Below are positions 51,600 through 62,527 of a stretch of 64,000 bases of DNA, in pieces. Source of the stretch: an uncultured Verrucomicrobiae bacterium (GTDB lineage Bacteria > Verrucomicrobiota > Verrucomicrobiia > Limisphaerales > AAA164-E04); NCBI GenBank assembly GCA_943788245.1, contig CALSPN010000012.1, forward strand, positions 28,552-92,551, read 5' to 3'. The notes beneath the pieces were generated by a model that had not been told where the DNA came from, did no database searches, and saw nothing but the letters and a program-made list of their open reading frames with translations. Position 1 is the stretch's first letter. Each line of letters begins with the position of its first letter. The position numbers and the translations under genes were made by a program.

Positions 51600-53114
51600 A
51601 TGAAAATTCAAAAAGTTCTCAACATTTTTAGTCAGGCTTTAGCAGGTTTCGCCCTTGTGCTGCCTTATGTTGGTCAATCCGTTGAAATGCCACCCGAGTA
51701 TTATGAGGTGCAGGAAATCCCTTTGCCTGTCGGAGTGGCTCCTGAGATTGGCGGATTGAAATTCAACAGCAAAGGCGAACTCATCGTATTGACACGACGG
51801 TCAGGGATCCTGATTGCCAAACCTCATCAGGATCCCAATCAATTTCAATGGCGGACATTTACAGATCATAGTTTGCATAACCCCATGGGGATTCTCGTGG
51901 AATCGGATCATCAATTTCTGATTCCCCAGATGGCGGAGTTGACACGGATTGTCGACACTGATCGGGACGGCACAGCGGACTTGTTTGAAGCGGTCAGTAC
52001 GGAGTGGGGGGTCAGCGGGAACTATCACGAGACCAATGCCGGACCGATTCCTGATGGCGAAGGTAATTGGTTCGTTGCTATTGGGACAGCGTCTCACAAT
52101 GGCCCCACCTTTGATTACGTGCGAGGCGAATTCTCCAGAACGGGGCGTCGAGGGCGAAATTATTCCGCAGTAAAAGATAAAGGTTGGGTGGTGAAAGTGA
52201 CTTCTGATGGCAGCATCATTCCCTGGGCGAGTGGTTTTCGAGCGAACAATGGAATCGGGATGAGTCCTTCAGGGGATCTTTGGGTCACCGATAATCAAGG
52301 GGATTGGCGTGGGACATCTCCCATCTATCATGTTGAAAAAGGTCGTTTTTACGGACATCCATCCAGCTTGGTTTGGGATGCATCTTTTTTCCCAAAGAAT
52401 GGGGATCCATTGGAATTTGGGGTGGATCGATTAAATCAGTTAAGAACACCTGCGGCCATTCAACTACCCCATGGATTGGTATGTAACTCTCCTTCCGAAC
52501 CGGTGTTTGACGCAACCAACGGTAAGTTTGGTCCCTTCAAAGGCCAAATGATGGTGGGAGACATTGCTGGTCAACGTATCATTCGTGTCATGCCAGAGAA
52601 GGTAAGAGGCGTTTATCAAGGTGCATGTGCTTTTCTGATCGAAAATTCTGGATTACGTGGTGGTAATAACCGGTTGACCTTCAGTCCCGAGGGAAATGCT
52701 CTTTATGTGGGGCAAACCTACCGTGGATGGGGGGCTCCTGCTGAAGGGTTACAGCGCATTGTCTGGACCGGTGTCACACCTCTTGAGGTTCGACAAATGA
52801 GTTTAACGCCAGGTGGGTTTGATCTTACATTTACTAAACCAATCGATGCGAATGCAGCCAATGATCCCGATCGATATCAGATCCAAAGTTATCGCTACAG
52901 CTACGGACACAAATACGGAAGTCCTCAATTAGACAGGAAAGTTCATTTTTCAAAACGAGTGAATGTCTCTGAAGACAAGTTTACGGTTTCTTTGAAACTG
53001 GATCAGGTTGAAGCAGGAAAGGTATATCAAATAGATCTGGTCAACTTGTTTTCATCCGATGGATTACCCATCATCAATCCCATGGTTTGTTACACTGTGA
53101 ATCAATTGCGCTGA
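51600..53114 (+). CDS. Secreted beta-propeller protein (glucose/sorbosone-dehydrogenase-like / PVC membrane-bound dehydrogenase N-terminal type)
   Basis: Intact 504-aa ORF with signal ...LAGFALVLPYVGQSVE. Motifs: NPMGILVESD, TDRDGTADLFE, FRANNGIGMSPSGDLWVTDNQGDW, FYGHPSS, NRLTFSPEGNALYVGQTYRGWG. It lies 33 nt after the cupredoxin gene. Confidence 0.65.
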   Translation: MKIQKVLNIFSQALAGFALVLPYVGQSVEMPPEYYEVQEIPLPVGVAPEIGGLKFNSKGELIVLTRRSGILIAKPHQDPNQFQWRTFTDHSLHNPMGILVESDHQFLIPQMAELTRIVDTDRDGTADLFEAVSTEWGVSGNYHETNAGPIPDGEGNWFVAIGTASHNGPTFDYVRGEFSRTGRRGRNYSAVKDKGWVVKVTSDGSIIPWASGFRANNGIGMSPSGDLWVTDNQGDWRGTSPIYHVEKGRFYGHPSSLVWDASFFPKNGDPLEFGVDRLNQLRTPAAIQLPHGLVCNSPSEPVFDATNGKFGPFKGQMMVGDIAGQRIIRVMPEKVRGVYQGACAFLIENSGLRGGNNRLTFSPEGNALYVGQTYRGWGAPAEGLQRIVWTGVTPLEVRQMSLTPGGFDLTFTKPIDANAANDPDRYQIQSYRYSYGHKYGSPQLDRKVHFSKRVNVSEDKFTVSLKLDQVEAGKVYQIDLVNLFSSDGLPIINPMVCYTVNQLR

Positions 53115-53144
53115 GCTCATTTAATAGATCATTAGAAATTTTTC

Positions 53145-54581
53145 ATGAACGAAACCACATATCAAGAAGCTCCGAAAGACTGGAAAGGGATCGCAAAACA
53201 ACTGGGCCCCGGTCTGATCATTTCAGCAAACATCGTCGGTTCAGGAGAACTGATTGTCACAACCAAAGTTGGGGCAGATGTTGGCTTCATCCTTTTATGG
53301 TTCATCATTCTCGGCTGCATTGTGAAGGTGTTTTTACAGGTTGAACTGGGCAGGTATGCCTTGACCCACGGAAAAACGACCCTTCAAGCCATGGATGCGG
53401 TGCCGGGTCCCAGATTTTCATTCATATGGCGATGGCTGAATCTTAGGGCGGAAGGGTCATGGCTGGTCTGGTGTTGGATCATCATGTTCATTGCGACCTT
53501 CTTTCAGGTGTCAGGGATGGTGGGGGGCATAGCGGGTGTCTTTCAAACGGGAGCCCCTGCGATATCCGTGCCCCCGGCATGGTATGTTGATGCTCAGAAC
53601 GGACTCTCTGCCGAGGCAATAGGTGCCCAGTGGCAAAATTTATTGAATACCGGTTGGGCATTGCTGATTACTGGCTCTTGTGCAGCTTTATTAATTGTTG
53701 GTCGATACCGTTTCATTGAACGCTTCTCCACCACGATGGTGGCCGCTTTCACCCTTTTTACCATCTTTGCTGTCTTCTCACTTTACACCACAGAATATGG
53801 GATCACTGCGGGGCAGATTGCCGAGGGATTGAAGTTTGAACTGCCAGATAAGTTTACGACTGCCTTTGCGGCCTTCGGCGTCATTGGGGTCGGGGCAGCT
53901 GAACTGATTTATTACCCCTACTGGTGTTTGGAAAAAGGTTATGCGCGCTATGTCGGCCCTAAAGAAGATACCCCTGAATGGGAATCGCGAGCTCAGGGGT
54001 GGATGAATGTGTTGAGATGGGATGCATGGATTTCCATGGTCATTTACACAGGTGCAACTGTGGCCTTCTATTTGCTTGGGGCAGCCATACTCCATGGAAA
54101 GGGCTTGGAAGTGACGAACGATGATCTGATCCCCACGCTTTCGAATTTGTATCGAGAGTCTTTCGGTATACCCGGGCTGTGGATTTTTCTCGTGGGAGCT
54201 TTGGCCGTTCTATACTCCACGGTCTTTATTTCAACGGCCTCCAATGCGCGTCTCTCCGCGGATCTATGGCTTCTTTTCACAAAGCACGCAAAGGGCAAGG
54301 GAGTGGATAGAGCCACCTTGACAAAGCGTGCTTGCGTGTTGATTCCCGCGCTTTACTTCATTTTCTACGTGTCCGTTGGTAAACCGTTGACTCTGGTGTT
54401 CATCGGCGCTCTAGCTCAGGCATTGATCCTACCCTTTCTGTGTTTTGCAGCAATCTACTTCCATTATTATCAAACGCATGCGGCACTTTTACCCGGCAAG
54501 TTCTGGGTGGTCTTGTTGTGGGTTTCGAGTTTTCTGATGGCTGCAGTGGGTTTTTACCAGCTCTTTGAAAAGCTTAAGTAA
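53145..54581 (+). CDS. Nramp-fold transporter, divergent (canonical DPGN and MPH metal-site motifs not present)
   Basis: Intact 478-aa ORF, about 11 TM. The N-terminal GPGLIISANIVGSGELIVTTKVGADVGFILLWFIILGCIVKVFLQVELGRYAL is colinear with the Nramp TM1-TM2 pattern GPG....y.DPGN......Ga..gy.LLW. GSGE replaces DPGN, and GVGAAELIYYPYW sits where A..MPHN is expected. Confidence 0.7.
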   Translation: MNETTYQEAPKDWKGIAKQLGPGLIISANIVGSGELIVTTKVGADVGFILLWFIILGCIVKVFLQVELGRYALTHGKTTLQAMDAVPGPRFSFIWRWLNLRAEGSWLVWCWIIMFIATFFQVSGMVGGIAGVFQTGAPAISVPPAWYVDAQNGLSAEAIGAQWQNLLNTGWALLITGSCAALLIVGRYRFIERFSTTMVAAFTLFTIFAVFSLYTTEYGITAGQIAEGLKFELPDKFTTAFAAFGVIGVGAAELIYYPYWCLEKGYARYVGPKEDTPEWESRAQGWMNVLRWDAWISMVIYTGATVAFYLLGAAILHGKGLEVTNDDLIPTLSNLYRESFGIPGLWIFLVGALAVLYSTVFISTASNARLSADLWLLFTKHAKGKGVDRATLTKRACVLIPALYFIFYVSVGKPLTLVFIGALAQALILPFLCFAAIYFHYYQTHAALLPGKFWVVLLWVSSFLMAAVGFYQLFEKLK

Positions 54582-54830
54582 ATATTTCAGGGTTATCATT
54601 TGAGTCTGGATTTCCGGCGGTCAAACTGTGGAAATTGTCCTGTTGACACCTTGATGATACTTGTTACGAAATCACTCTTCCTGAAAGATCAAAGCAACTT
54701 CAGGCTTAGCGGTAATCCCATCGTTACCAAGCCTCAGCATGCATCCTGGAACAATCAATCGATGGTAAATTAAATAACTTATGCCAGACAGCTTGCCCTT
54801 CTCGACGGGCTTTGGCAGAGTGGCCATCAG

Positions 54831-56003
54831 ATGCGGTTATTAATCAGGGAATGGACAGAAGCGATTGAGACGTTGGTGTTGGAGGTCATCTCCGGCCATC
54901 GTCGTGATCGTAAGGCAACGGTCATTCGTGGTGGCTTGTTCTGTTTGTCCATGGTCTTTAAGGTTATTATCAAGCTCCGTCACGCACTCTATGCTGTGCG
55001 CATCCTCAGAGACTCCACTTTGGGAGTGCAGGTTATTGCCATTGGGAATCTGACCGTAGGTGGCACTGGGAAAACCCCAGTGGTTGAAAAATTTGCCAGA
55101 GAACTGCAGGATGCTGGAAGGAAGGTAGCCATTCTCTCCCGGGGCTATCGCTCGAAACCACGTCCATTTCATGAACGATTGCTCAACAAGATACTCCTGA
55201 GACAAGATATCACGCCGCCCAAAGTTGTCTCCAATGGCGAAGCTTTGCTTTTAGATTCGGAAACATCTGGGGATGAACCTTACATGCTTGCTGCGAATCT
55301 TCGTGATGTAGTAGTCCTGGTGGACAAGGATCGTGTGAAAAGCGGGCGTTATGCGATTGAAAAGTTTGGTTGTGATACCCTCTTGCTCGACGACGGATTT
55401 CAATATTGGAAACTCAAGGGGAGACGACACGATGTGGTTTTGATTGACTATCAGAATCCGTTTGGAAATGGGAACTTACTTCCCAGAGGTACTCTGCGCG
55501 AACCAACTTCTCATCTGGCGCGTGCTCAAACTATTTTCATCACGAAAATAGATGGACCAACGGATCAACTCAGGCAACAAATCCAAGAATTAAACCCCAA
55601 GGCTGGGGTGATTGAATGTGTACATAATCCACTTTTTTTTGAAGATCTTTTTACGGGTGAACAATTGCCTTTGGAATTTGTGAGGCATCGACGCCTGGCA
55701 ACTATCAGTGGTATTGCCCAACCTGAAAGTTTCGAACAGAGCCTGATTCGCCTGGGGAACCAAGTGGTTTACCAGCGTCGTTTTGCTGATCATCATCGAT
55801 ACAGTCAGCAAGAGGTGCTGGATGTGATTAATCGTGGTGTGCGCCGCAAGGCTGAAATGCTGATAACTACCCAAAAAGATGCTGTGCGATTTCCAAAGCT
55901 GGACCGTCGAGATCTTCCAATTTACTTCATGCGAGTGGAAATCAAAATCATGAAGGGTGCCAATGATTTCCGGGATTGCGTCAAGAAAATTTGTTTTCAT
56001 TAA
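54831..56003 (+). CDS. lpxK: Tetraacyldisaccharide 4'-kinase
   Basis: Intact 390-aa ORF with IGNLTVGGTGKTPVVEKFARELQDAGRKVAILSRGYRS (P-loop), GDEPYML and LLDDGFQ, as in LpxK. Confidence 0.85.
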   Translation: MRLLIREWTEAIETLVLEVISGHRRDRKATVIRGGLFCLSMVFKVIIKLRHALYAVRILRDSTLGVQVIAIGNLTVGGTGKTPVVEKFARELQDAGRKVAILSRGYRSKPRPFHERLLNKILLRQDITPPKVVSNGEALLLDSETSGDEPYMLAANLRDVVVLVDKDRVKSGRYAIEKFGCDTLLLDDGFQYWKLKGRRHDVVLIDYQNPFGNGNLLPRGTLREPTSHLARAQTIFITKIDGPTDQLRQQIQELNPKAGVIECVHNPLFFEDLFTGEQLPLEFVRHRRLATISGIAQPESFEQSLIRLGNQVVYQRRFADHHRYSQQEVLDVINRGVRRKAEMLITTQKDAVRFPKLDRRDLPIYFMRVEIKIMKGANDFRDCVKKICFH

Positions 56004-56006
56004 CTC

Positions 56007-56925
56007 ATGGATCGATTGCTGAACCATTTGCTATATCTAGCTGGCCGAACCTTTGTTTGGGTAGTTCAGCTTTTCCCGTTGAGATTTGTAGCGTGGACCG
56101 GGCGTATGGCTGGGCTGCTGGCCTTTTTACTTGGATTGGCGTCATCGAAGAGTCGCTGTCGGTCAGTTGGATTGCTTTCTCAAGCATACGGGCAGAAAGG
56201 GGGATTCTGTCAAAATGGGCAGAGAACATTTTCAACGTTTGGGAGAGAATTATCTTTCTGCAGTAAAAACATCGGGCATGAGGTCTGAAGCATTGGAAAA
56301 GCATATCGAATTCAGAGGCATCGATCTTTTTGAAAAGCCCGTGACACCGGATTCCCCTGGTGAATGGAAAAATGGTTGGATCATTGCCATTGGTCATTTT
56401 GGGAATTTTGAACTTTATGCGCGTAGTCTGAGTAGTCTCAACGGACGCGTCGGGGCAGCAACCTACCGTGGATTGAATCAGCCAGGATTGAATCGGCTTC
56501 TGCATGAGCTTCGAGCCAGTTCAGGTGTTCGTTTTTTTGATCGCCGTAAAGAAGTAAAGGCTTTGAGGAAACTCATGACCGATGGTTCTGTTGTGCTTGG
56601 TCTGCTTGCTGACCAGTCTGCTGGAAGTGGGATGCTTTTGGATTTCCTTGGCGATAAATGCCTCTGCTCGACGGCACCTGCTATTTTTTCACAACGTTAT
56701 CATTGTCGCCTGGCCACAGGGATATGTTACCGCACTGGCCCTGCAAAATGGGTCGTTGAGTTTGAAAAGGAGATACCAACGTTTTCGAACGGTTCCAAAC
56801 GATCGGTTGAAGAGGTGACTGAAGATGTGAATACTGCTTTCGAAAAGGCCATTTACAAGGATCCGCTAAATTGGTTCTGGGTGCATGACAGATGGAAGCG
56901 TTTCAAGAAAAAACGCAAGCGTTGA
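56007..56925 (+). pseudogene. Lipid A biosynthesis (LpxL/HtrB-type) lysophospholipid acyltransferase, one frame break
   Basis: MDRLLNHLLYLAGRTFVWVVQLFPLRFVAWTGRMAGLLAFLLGL, then after GG 56138-56139 the +1 frame continues RHRRVAVGQLDCF...GHFGNFELYAR (HX4E-type acyltransferase motif)...NWFWVHDRWK. It starts 4 nt after the lpxK stop. Confidence 0.7.
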
Positions 56926-57059
56926 CTCAGATAGCTCTTAACCAGCCTTGAGACTCTGGGGCTTGCAGCACCAAAGGCGACCTTCAAGATAGGTCAAGTT
57001 GATGAAATCGATTTATTGAGGGGTATTCATTTCCAGGTTCAAAATGGAGGTGCAATTCA

Positions 57060-59474
57060 TCAATTCTGAGGAAGCGGCCAGTTCAAGTGCTTGTGGAGAA
57101 ATTCGAAAGTTCCTTTGCCATTGATGGTATGAGGTCCAGGAAACCACTCAATTTCACAACGATCTCCCATTCCTAATTTTGCCTGGTACAAATGCCTGAC
57201 TTTGGCAAATTCATAAGCGACACGTTCATCCGGGGCTACTCCATCGAAGTGGCCGCGTTCAACCATGAATGGACGTGGTGCGATAAGGGCTGCCATCTCC
57301 GAATAATTAAAAGTACTGCCCCAAATTAAATTCAAAAATCTCATATTCGCCTGACCATACATAACTGTAAGGGGTCACAGTGGATGCATTTTTCCATACC
57401 CAGTCATTGAAATCAGCAGAGCAGATGGATAGGCAATAATCTTTCACGAGAGCTGGAATCCTCATTGCTGATTTCCCTCCGTAGGACAAACCGTAAAATG
57501 CCATACGCTCGGCATCAACATTCGGTAATGTTTTCAACCAATTGAGGATTTGCTGATGCTGAGGAACAATGATCGAAAAAAGAGTTTTTTTCAATGGGTA
57601 TGCTTTGCGCTGCAAAGTCCTGAATCTATCTTGAAAAATGTAAAGATTTTGCGGTGAAAATGTAATGAAACCCCGAGATGCGAGTTTGGATGCGAAATCA
57701 TGGTAAGCCTGATGATCGCCCTGCACGATATCTCGGGGCCGCCCTTCCAATCCATGTTGACAAACCACCACAGGACGCTTTTCTCCCTTCTTGAGGTCGT
57801 TGGGCAAGCACAGGATACCGTAGGCAATCACATCTTCGAATACATCCAGTACGACCTCGTAGCCTGTCCAGTTCTCACCTTCGTATGTTTGACGTGTGCG
57901 TGGGTTCATTGGGAGCAACGGATCATTGAAGTGGCCAATGATTTCATCTCTGTAAAGATCCCGGTAAGGCTCAATCGTTTCCTCGAAGGAGCTGATAGAG
58001 GAAGTGTTCAGGGATTTCATGAATTCCTTCCTGATATATGGACTCCTCACGAGCGTCTGTTGTGTATGTCTGTCCCATGCCGCGATGAGTCTTTGCTGAC
58101 GGGCTTCAAACACAGTCGTATCTGGAATGGAAGGGGTAATGGGCTTGCTGGGACCAGGTTTTAACCCGAGTCTGAGATTATCAAGAAAAACTTCTAAAGC
58201 GGGTTCGCTGCCAAAAGGCAATCCGCTTCCGAGAATGAGCCGGATGGGGATTTCTTCAACATAAGAGGCGAGGAGCTGGCGAGCCCTCTGTACTTCAGTG
58301 TAGACTTCCCCCGGGTCTGGACCGGCAAGTTTTGCAGGAGCTCCGCCTTTTCCAGGAAGGTCTGCGACTGGCCCAGGGGCTGCCTCAATGACCAGTGAAC
58401 GTGGCACGATGAGTGTGGCAAGTTCTGCATCTCCAAATTGTTCAAGCAGTCCAAAAATGTTTCTCGAAATGGGCTGTTCCCAGATGTTTTCCCGTGGACC
58501 AAAATAACCGCTCACTCCCACCGTGTTTATCCTGGGATCAAGGGCTCCTGCATAGAGAGCAATCATTCCTCCTTCACCGTATCCCATGACGCCGATTCTG
58601 CGACGTTCAGGGCCTTGGTGAGACTCAATCCAATCGACTAGACTCAACACGGTCTGCACTTCGTAGCCGGCAATATGGCGGCCCATTTCGTAAGCCGAGC
58701 GATACAGGTATTCTCGTTGCGATAATTCCGAACCCCATCCACCATATTCGGATTGTCTGCGTGTCATTTTTCGAGAAATCAAATCAGGTATGATGACTCG
58801 ACATCCAGATTCTGCCAAGCGTCTGGCAAACTGGCTTTCGGGAGCAATGCCTGGTGCCAGTCCAGCAAGTTGCTCTGGTGTTTGATCTGCGTCGGGAAGA
58901 GCTATGACATGCGCTGCCGTGTAAGAAGGAATCGTGTGGTGCACGCTCCTTGTAAGCACGCCGTGAACTTCGGTGTGCAACTCTGTATTTCAGTTTGCCG
59001 GAAAGTCAACAGGTTGGGAACCAGCATGAGGCCCTCAGCGACAACGTCTCCTACGACAGGCCACTTTATTTTATAGGCATCAAAAGCCCCTGTTTTCATG
59101 TAAACAGGGGATTTTTCATTTATTTCCAAATCATATTTAGGATGCGTGAAGGCAACACGCTGATCTTTCAACCCAAGCAGGCCTGCGAGTTTTGCACGAT
59201 TAACTTGAATGGACTTCTGATAAGCTTCGGCCGAGGAAAAATCGCGTGACCAGTGTTGTTTCCTTGCCTTGACCGATTCTTTCAGTTTTTTCAGTAGAAA
59301 ACGGTCTACTCCGCTTACCAGCGTCGATGCAATGTCCCCTTCGATCGTCAGTTCACGGGTCTCAGGAATAGTCGAAGGTTCGTGGTTTTGAGCAGAGGTC
59401 AATGGAATACCACTGACAAGCGTTCCAGTAATCAGGAAGGCCGTGACGTGCATGAAATGGAATGGGCTGATCAT
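57060..59474 (-). pseudogene. Large secreted alpha/beta-hydrolase (dienelactone hydrolase / acetyl-xylan-esterase-like, two hydrolase-like halves), 2-3 frame breaks
   Basis: ORFs 58902..59474 (signal MISPFHFMHVTAFLITGTLVSGIPLTSA), 57307..58980 and 57060..57362. GVMGYGEGGMIALY and AFYGLSYGGKSAM are nucleophile-elbow-like G-x-S/E-x-G motifs. C-terminal ...ERGHFDGVAP...FPGPHTING. Confidence 0.6.
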
Positions 59475-59803
59475 GGGCTTTTTTTCTTCCCCTCTTATCC
59501 CATGTCAGAAGGAGGGACGCAACCTTTTAGGGAATTCCCTGTAATTCAGATCGGGGTTTTTCTCTTCCTTCTTTTATTTGGCCCATGTGATCTGTCCTGC
59601 ACTAAAAGCATATGCAACCACTCAGCGTCATGCACATTTAAGGTAAGGGCTGTTAAAAAATTAAACGGAATATGGATTACTTCCTGTGTTTCAATAATGT
59701 CGCGAGGGTGTTTTTATATGGTGCCGTAATCATTGAATCATACTACGGAAAATTGCCTTTGAGATTGACATTTAATTTCTTCATTGAGGATAGTTTTCCA
59801 TCC

Positions 59804-62395
59804 ATGAATTTTCTCGGTCTCTTTCCATTCATATCGTCGACGCCATCCTTGGCTCTGCTCGCCATTTTAATAAGTGGTTCCATCAGTCAGAGCATGGCTG
59901 AACCATTTGATCCTGCCATGCATCAAAAACATGCCCGTACTTATTCTCCCGAGGAAAGTATGGGCATGATTGATCTGGCGCCCGGTTATCGATTGGAATT
60001 GGTTGCTGCAGAACCCTTGATTGAGGAACCTGCGACGATGGCCTGGGATGGTGATGGTAAACTGTATGTCGCGGAGCTGAATACCTACATGCAGGAAATC
60101 GATGGGAAGAATCAACATGACCCTGTTTGTCGCGTCGTTTTATTGGAGGATACCGACAACGATGGCCGTATGGACAAAAGGTCGGTCTTTGTCGATGGGC
60201 TCAAATTGCCGCGTATGATTCAACCTTTGGATGATCGAGTGATCATTCGTGAAACAGACACTTTTGATCTTCATGCTTACAGGGATACCAATGGAGATGG
60301 CGTGGCTGACGAGAAGCAACGGGTTTATGAAGGCGGTCCACGAGGTGGTAATCTGGAGCATCAACCAAGTGGTCTGGAGTGGAACGTGGACAACTGGATG
60401 TATGTCACCTACACCGACCGGCGCTATCGCTGGGCAGGTGATCATATCGAATCAGAAAAAATTCCCGGCGGATCTGGTCAATGGGGTGTGACTCATGATG
60501 ATGTTGGAAGGAATTTTTACTCCACTGCAGGTGGTGAAAATCCTGCCATGCATTTCCAGATTCCCATGGTTTATGGAAAACTTACCTTGTCGGGTGAACA
60601 AGCTCCTGGTTTTCGCGAGGTGTTTCCGCTGGTGCAGATTCCTGATGTGCAGGGTGGTCGCGGACGTTTTCGAAAGGATACTCTGACCTTGAATCGTTTC
60701 ACTGGCTGCGCTGGTCAACATATTTATCGCGGGGATCGTCTTCCTTCGGATTTCTATGGAGATTATATCATTCCAGAACCCGTGGGTCGTCTGGTGCGTC
60801 GAGCTAAGGTGGTTTATGAAAATGGCAAGAGAATCGTTAAAAATGCCACCCCTGGAACCGAGTTCCTGCGTTCAAGAGATGCAAACTTTCGCCCAGTCCA
60901 TGCATCGACTGGACCCGATGGCTGTCTTTACATCCTGGACATGTATCGAGGGATCATTCAGGAAGGAAATTGGGTGAGACCGGGATCCTATCTGCGAGAT
61001 GTGGTTGAGAATTACGGTTTGGATAAGAATATTGGAAGAGGTAGAATTTATCGCCTCGTTCATGAATCGACGGAGCGAGGTCCGAGCCCCAGACTGATCC
61101 ATGCACCCGCCCCGGAGCTGGTATCCCATTTATCCCATCCTAACGGTTGGTGGCGAGATACGGCACAGAAACTGTTGGTTGTTCGCGGTGATCGATCTAT
61201 TTCAAATGATCTTGGTTCCGTTGCAAGGAATGCACCCAATCCTCTTGGCCGTCTTCATGCATTGTGGACGCTTGATGGACTGGGGGCTTCTTGACACAAC
61301 ATTGCTCCTTGATAAGCTGGAGGATGACGATGGGCGAGTGCGGGCGGCCGCCGTCCGAATCCTCGAACCACAATTGACGTCTGGAGATGAAAGTGTTGCC
61401 CGGGCAGTGTTTGCGCTTGTTGATGATCCAGATATGCAAGTGACCACTCAGTTGCTCTTGTCCGCGGCGCAAACGGGTGCTCCCGGCAGTGAGGCTATGC
61501 TAGAACATTTGACGGCGCGCCATGAGGGGAATCCAAATATCAGGAGCATTTTGAATCATGTTCAATCTCAGCAGGCGATCGCCAGGAAGCGTCGGCTCGA
61601 AAACGAATTCCTCGCCAAGGGTCGTAATAATTTTGAAATAGCCTGTATGCCATGTCACGGCATGGACGGAAAAGGTACACCGGCACCGGGAACCAACATG
61701 ACTCTTGGAGCTCCGATTGCCGGTTCACCTCGAGTGACTGGAAGGATGGACATTCCCATCAAAATCATGCTCAAGGGAATGACAGGCGAATTAGATGGAC
61801 GAACATTTCCTGGACCGATGTTGCCTCTGGAATCATTTGATGATGAATGGATTGCTTCAACCTTGACTTATATCCGAAGTCATTGGGGGAACAAAGCACC
61901 CATGGTGACAGCTGAAGATGTGGCAGCTGTTCGTTCCCAGATAAAAGATCGTGAAGTCATGTGGGATTCTTCTGAAATCCTTTCCATGGTTCCAGTGCCT
62001 TCCAAACAAATGCGGCAATGGCGCTTTACCTCCAGCCATAAAACAAAAGAGATTAAATCAGCCATCGACGGAAACCCAAACTCCCGCTGGGATACTGGAG
62101 CGGTTCAAGTGCCTGGTATGTGGCTTGCGTTTGATATGGGGCAGGAACATGAGTTGACCTCAGTGGTTCTGGACAGTCGTCGTTCAAAGCAGGATTATCC
62201 CCGTCAATACAGCGTAGAAATTTCTGACGATGGTGAACATTGGAGTAAAACCCATTGCAGAAGGCTATGGGCAGAGTCCGATACTGCAGATTGTCCTGCC
62301 TCCCACAAAGGCGCGCCATGTCCGGATAAGCCAGCATGGAAGTGCTTCCGGAAAATTTCTGGTCCATCCACGAACTGGAAGTTTATACGAAATGA
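59804..62395 (+). pseudogene. PVC-type heme-binding (CxxCH) membrane-bound-dehydrogenase domain protein with HEAT repeats and an F5/8 type C (discoidin) end; three frame breaks
   Basis: ATG 59804 gives signal MNFLGLFPFISSTPSLALLAILISGSISQSMA/EP. LVAAEPLIEEPATMAWDGDGKLYVAEL and DTDNDGRMD. HEAT-like RVRAAAVRILEP after G5 61282-61286. Cytochrome c motif ACMPCHGMDGKG. Discoidin-like AIDGNPNSRWDTG...YSVEISDDGEHWSK. The last 50 aa are recovered by +1 shifts at 62247-62250 and 62356-62358, ending ...WSIHELEVYTK* at 62395. Confidence 0.7.
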
Positions 62396-62527
62396 TCCAT
62401 GTTTGAAAGATACTCTGAGAGCTATCAAATGGCTCCTGAAGCTGCCACGCGCGGCGAGCAGGGTTTCTATAGTTCCATCTCATTAAAAAATGGGTTAGCG
62501 CGTATGGCACGTTTGGCATGCGGGAGG

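Noticed and set aside
54643-54672. TTGACA followed 16-17 nt later by TACGAA upstream of lpxK as a sigma70 promoter.
   Set aside because: The -10 match is poor (3 of 6), and promoter consensus in PVC bacteria is not well enough defined to support a call.
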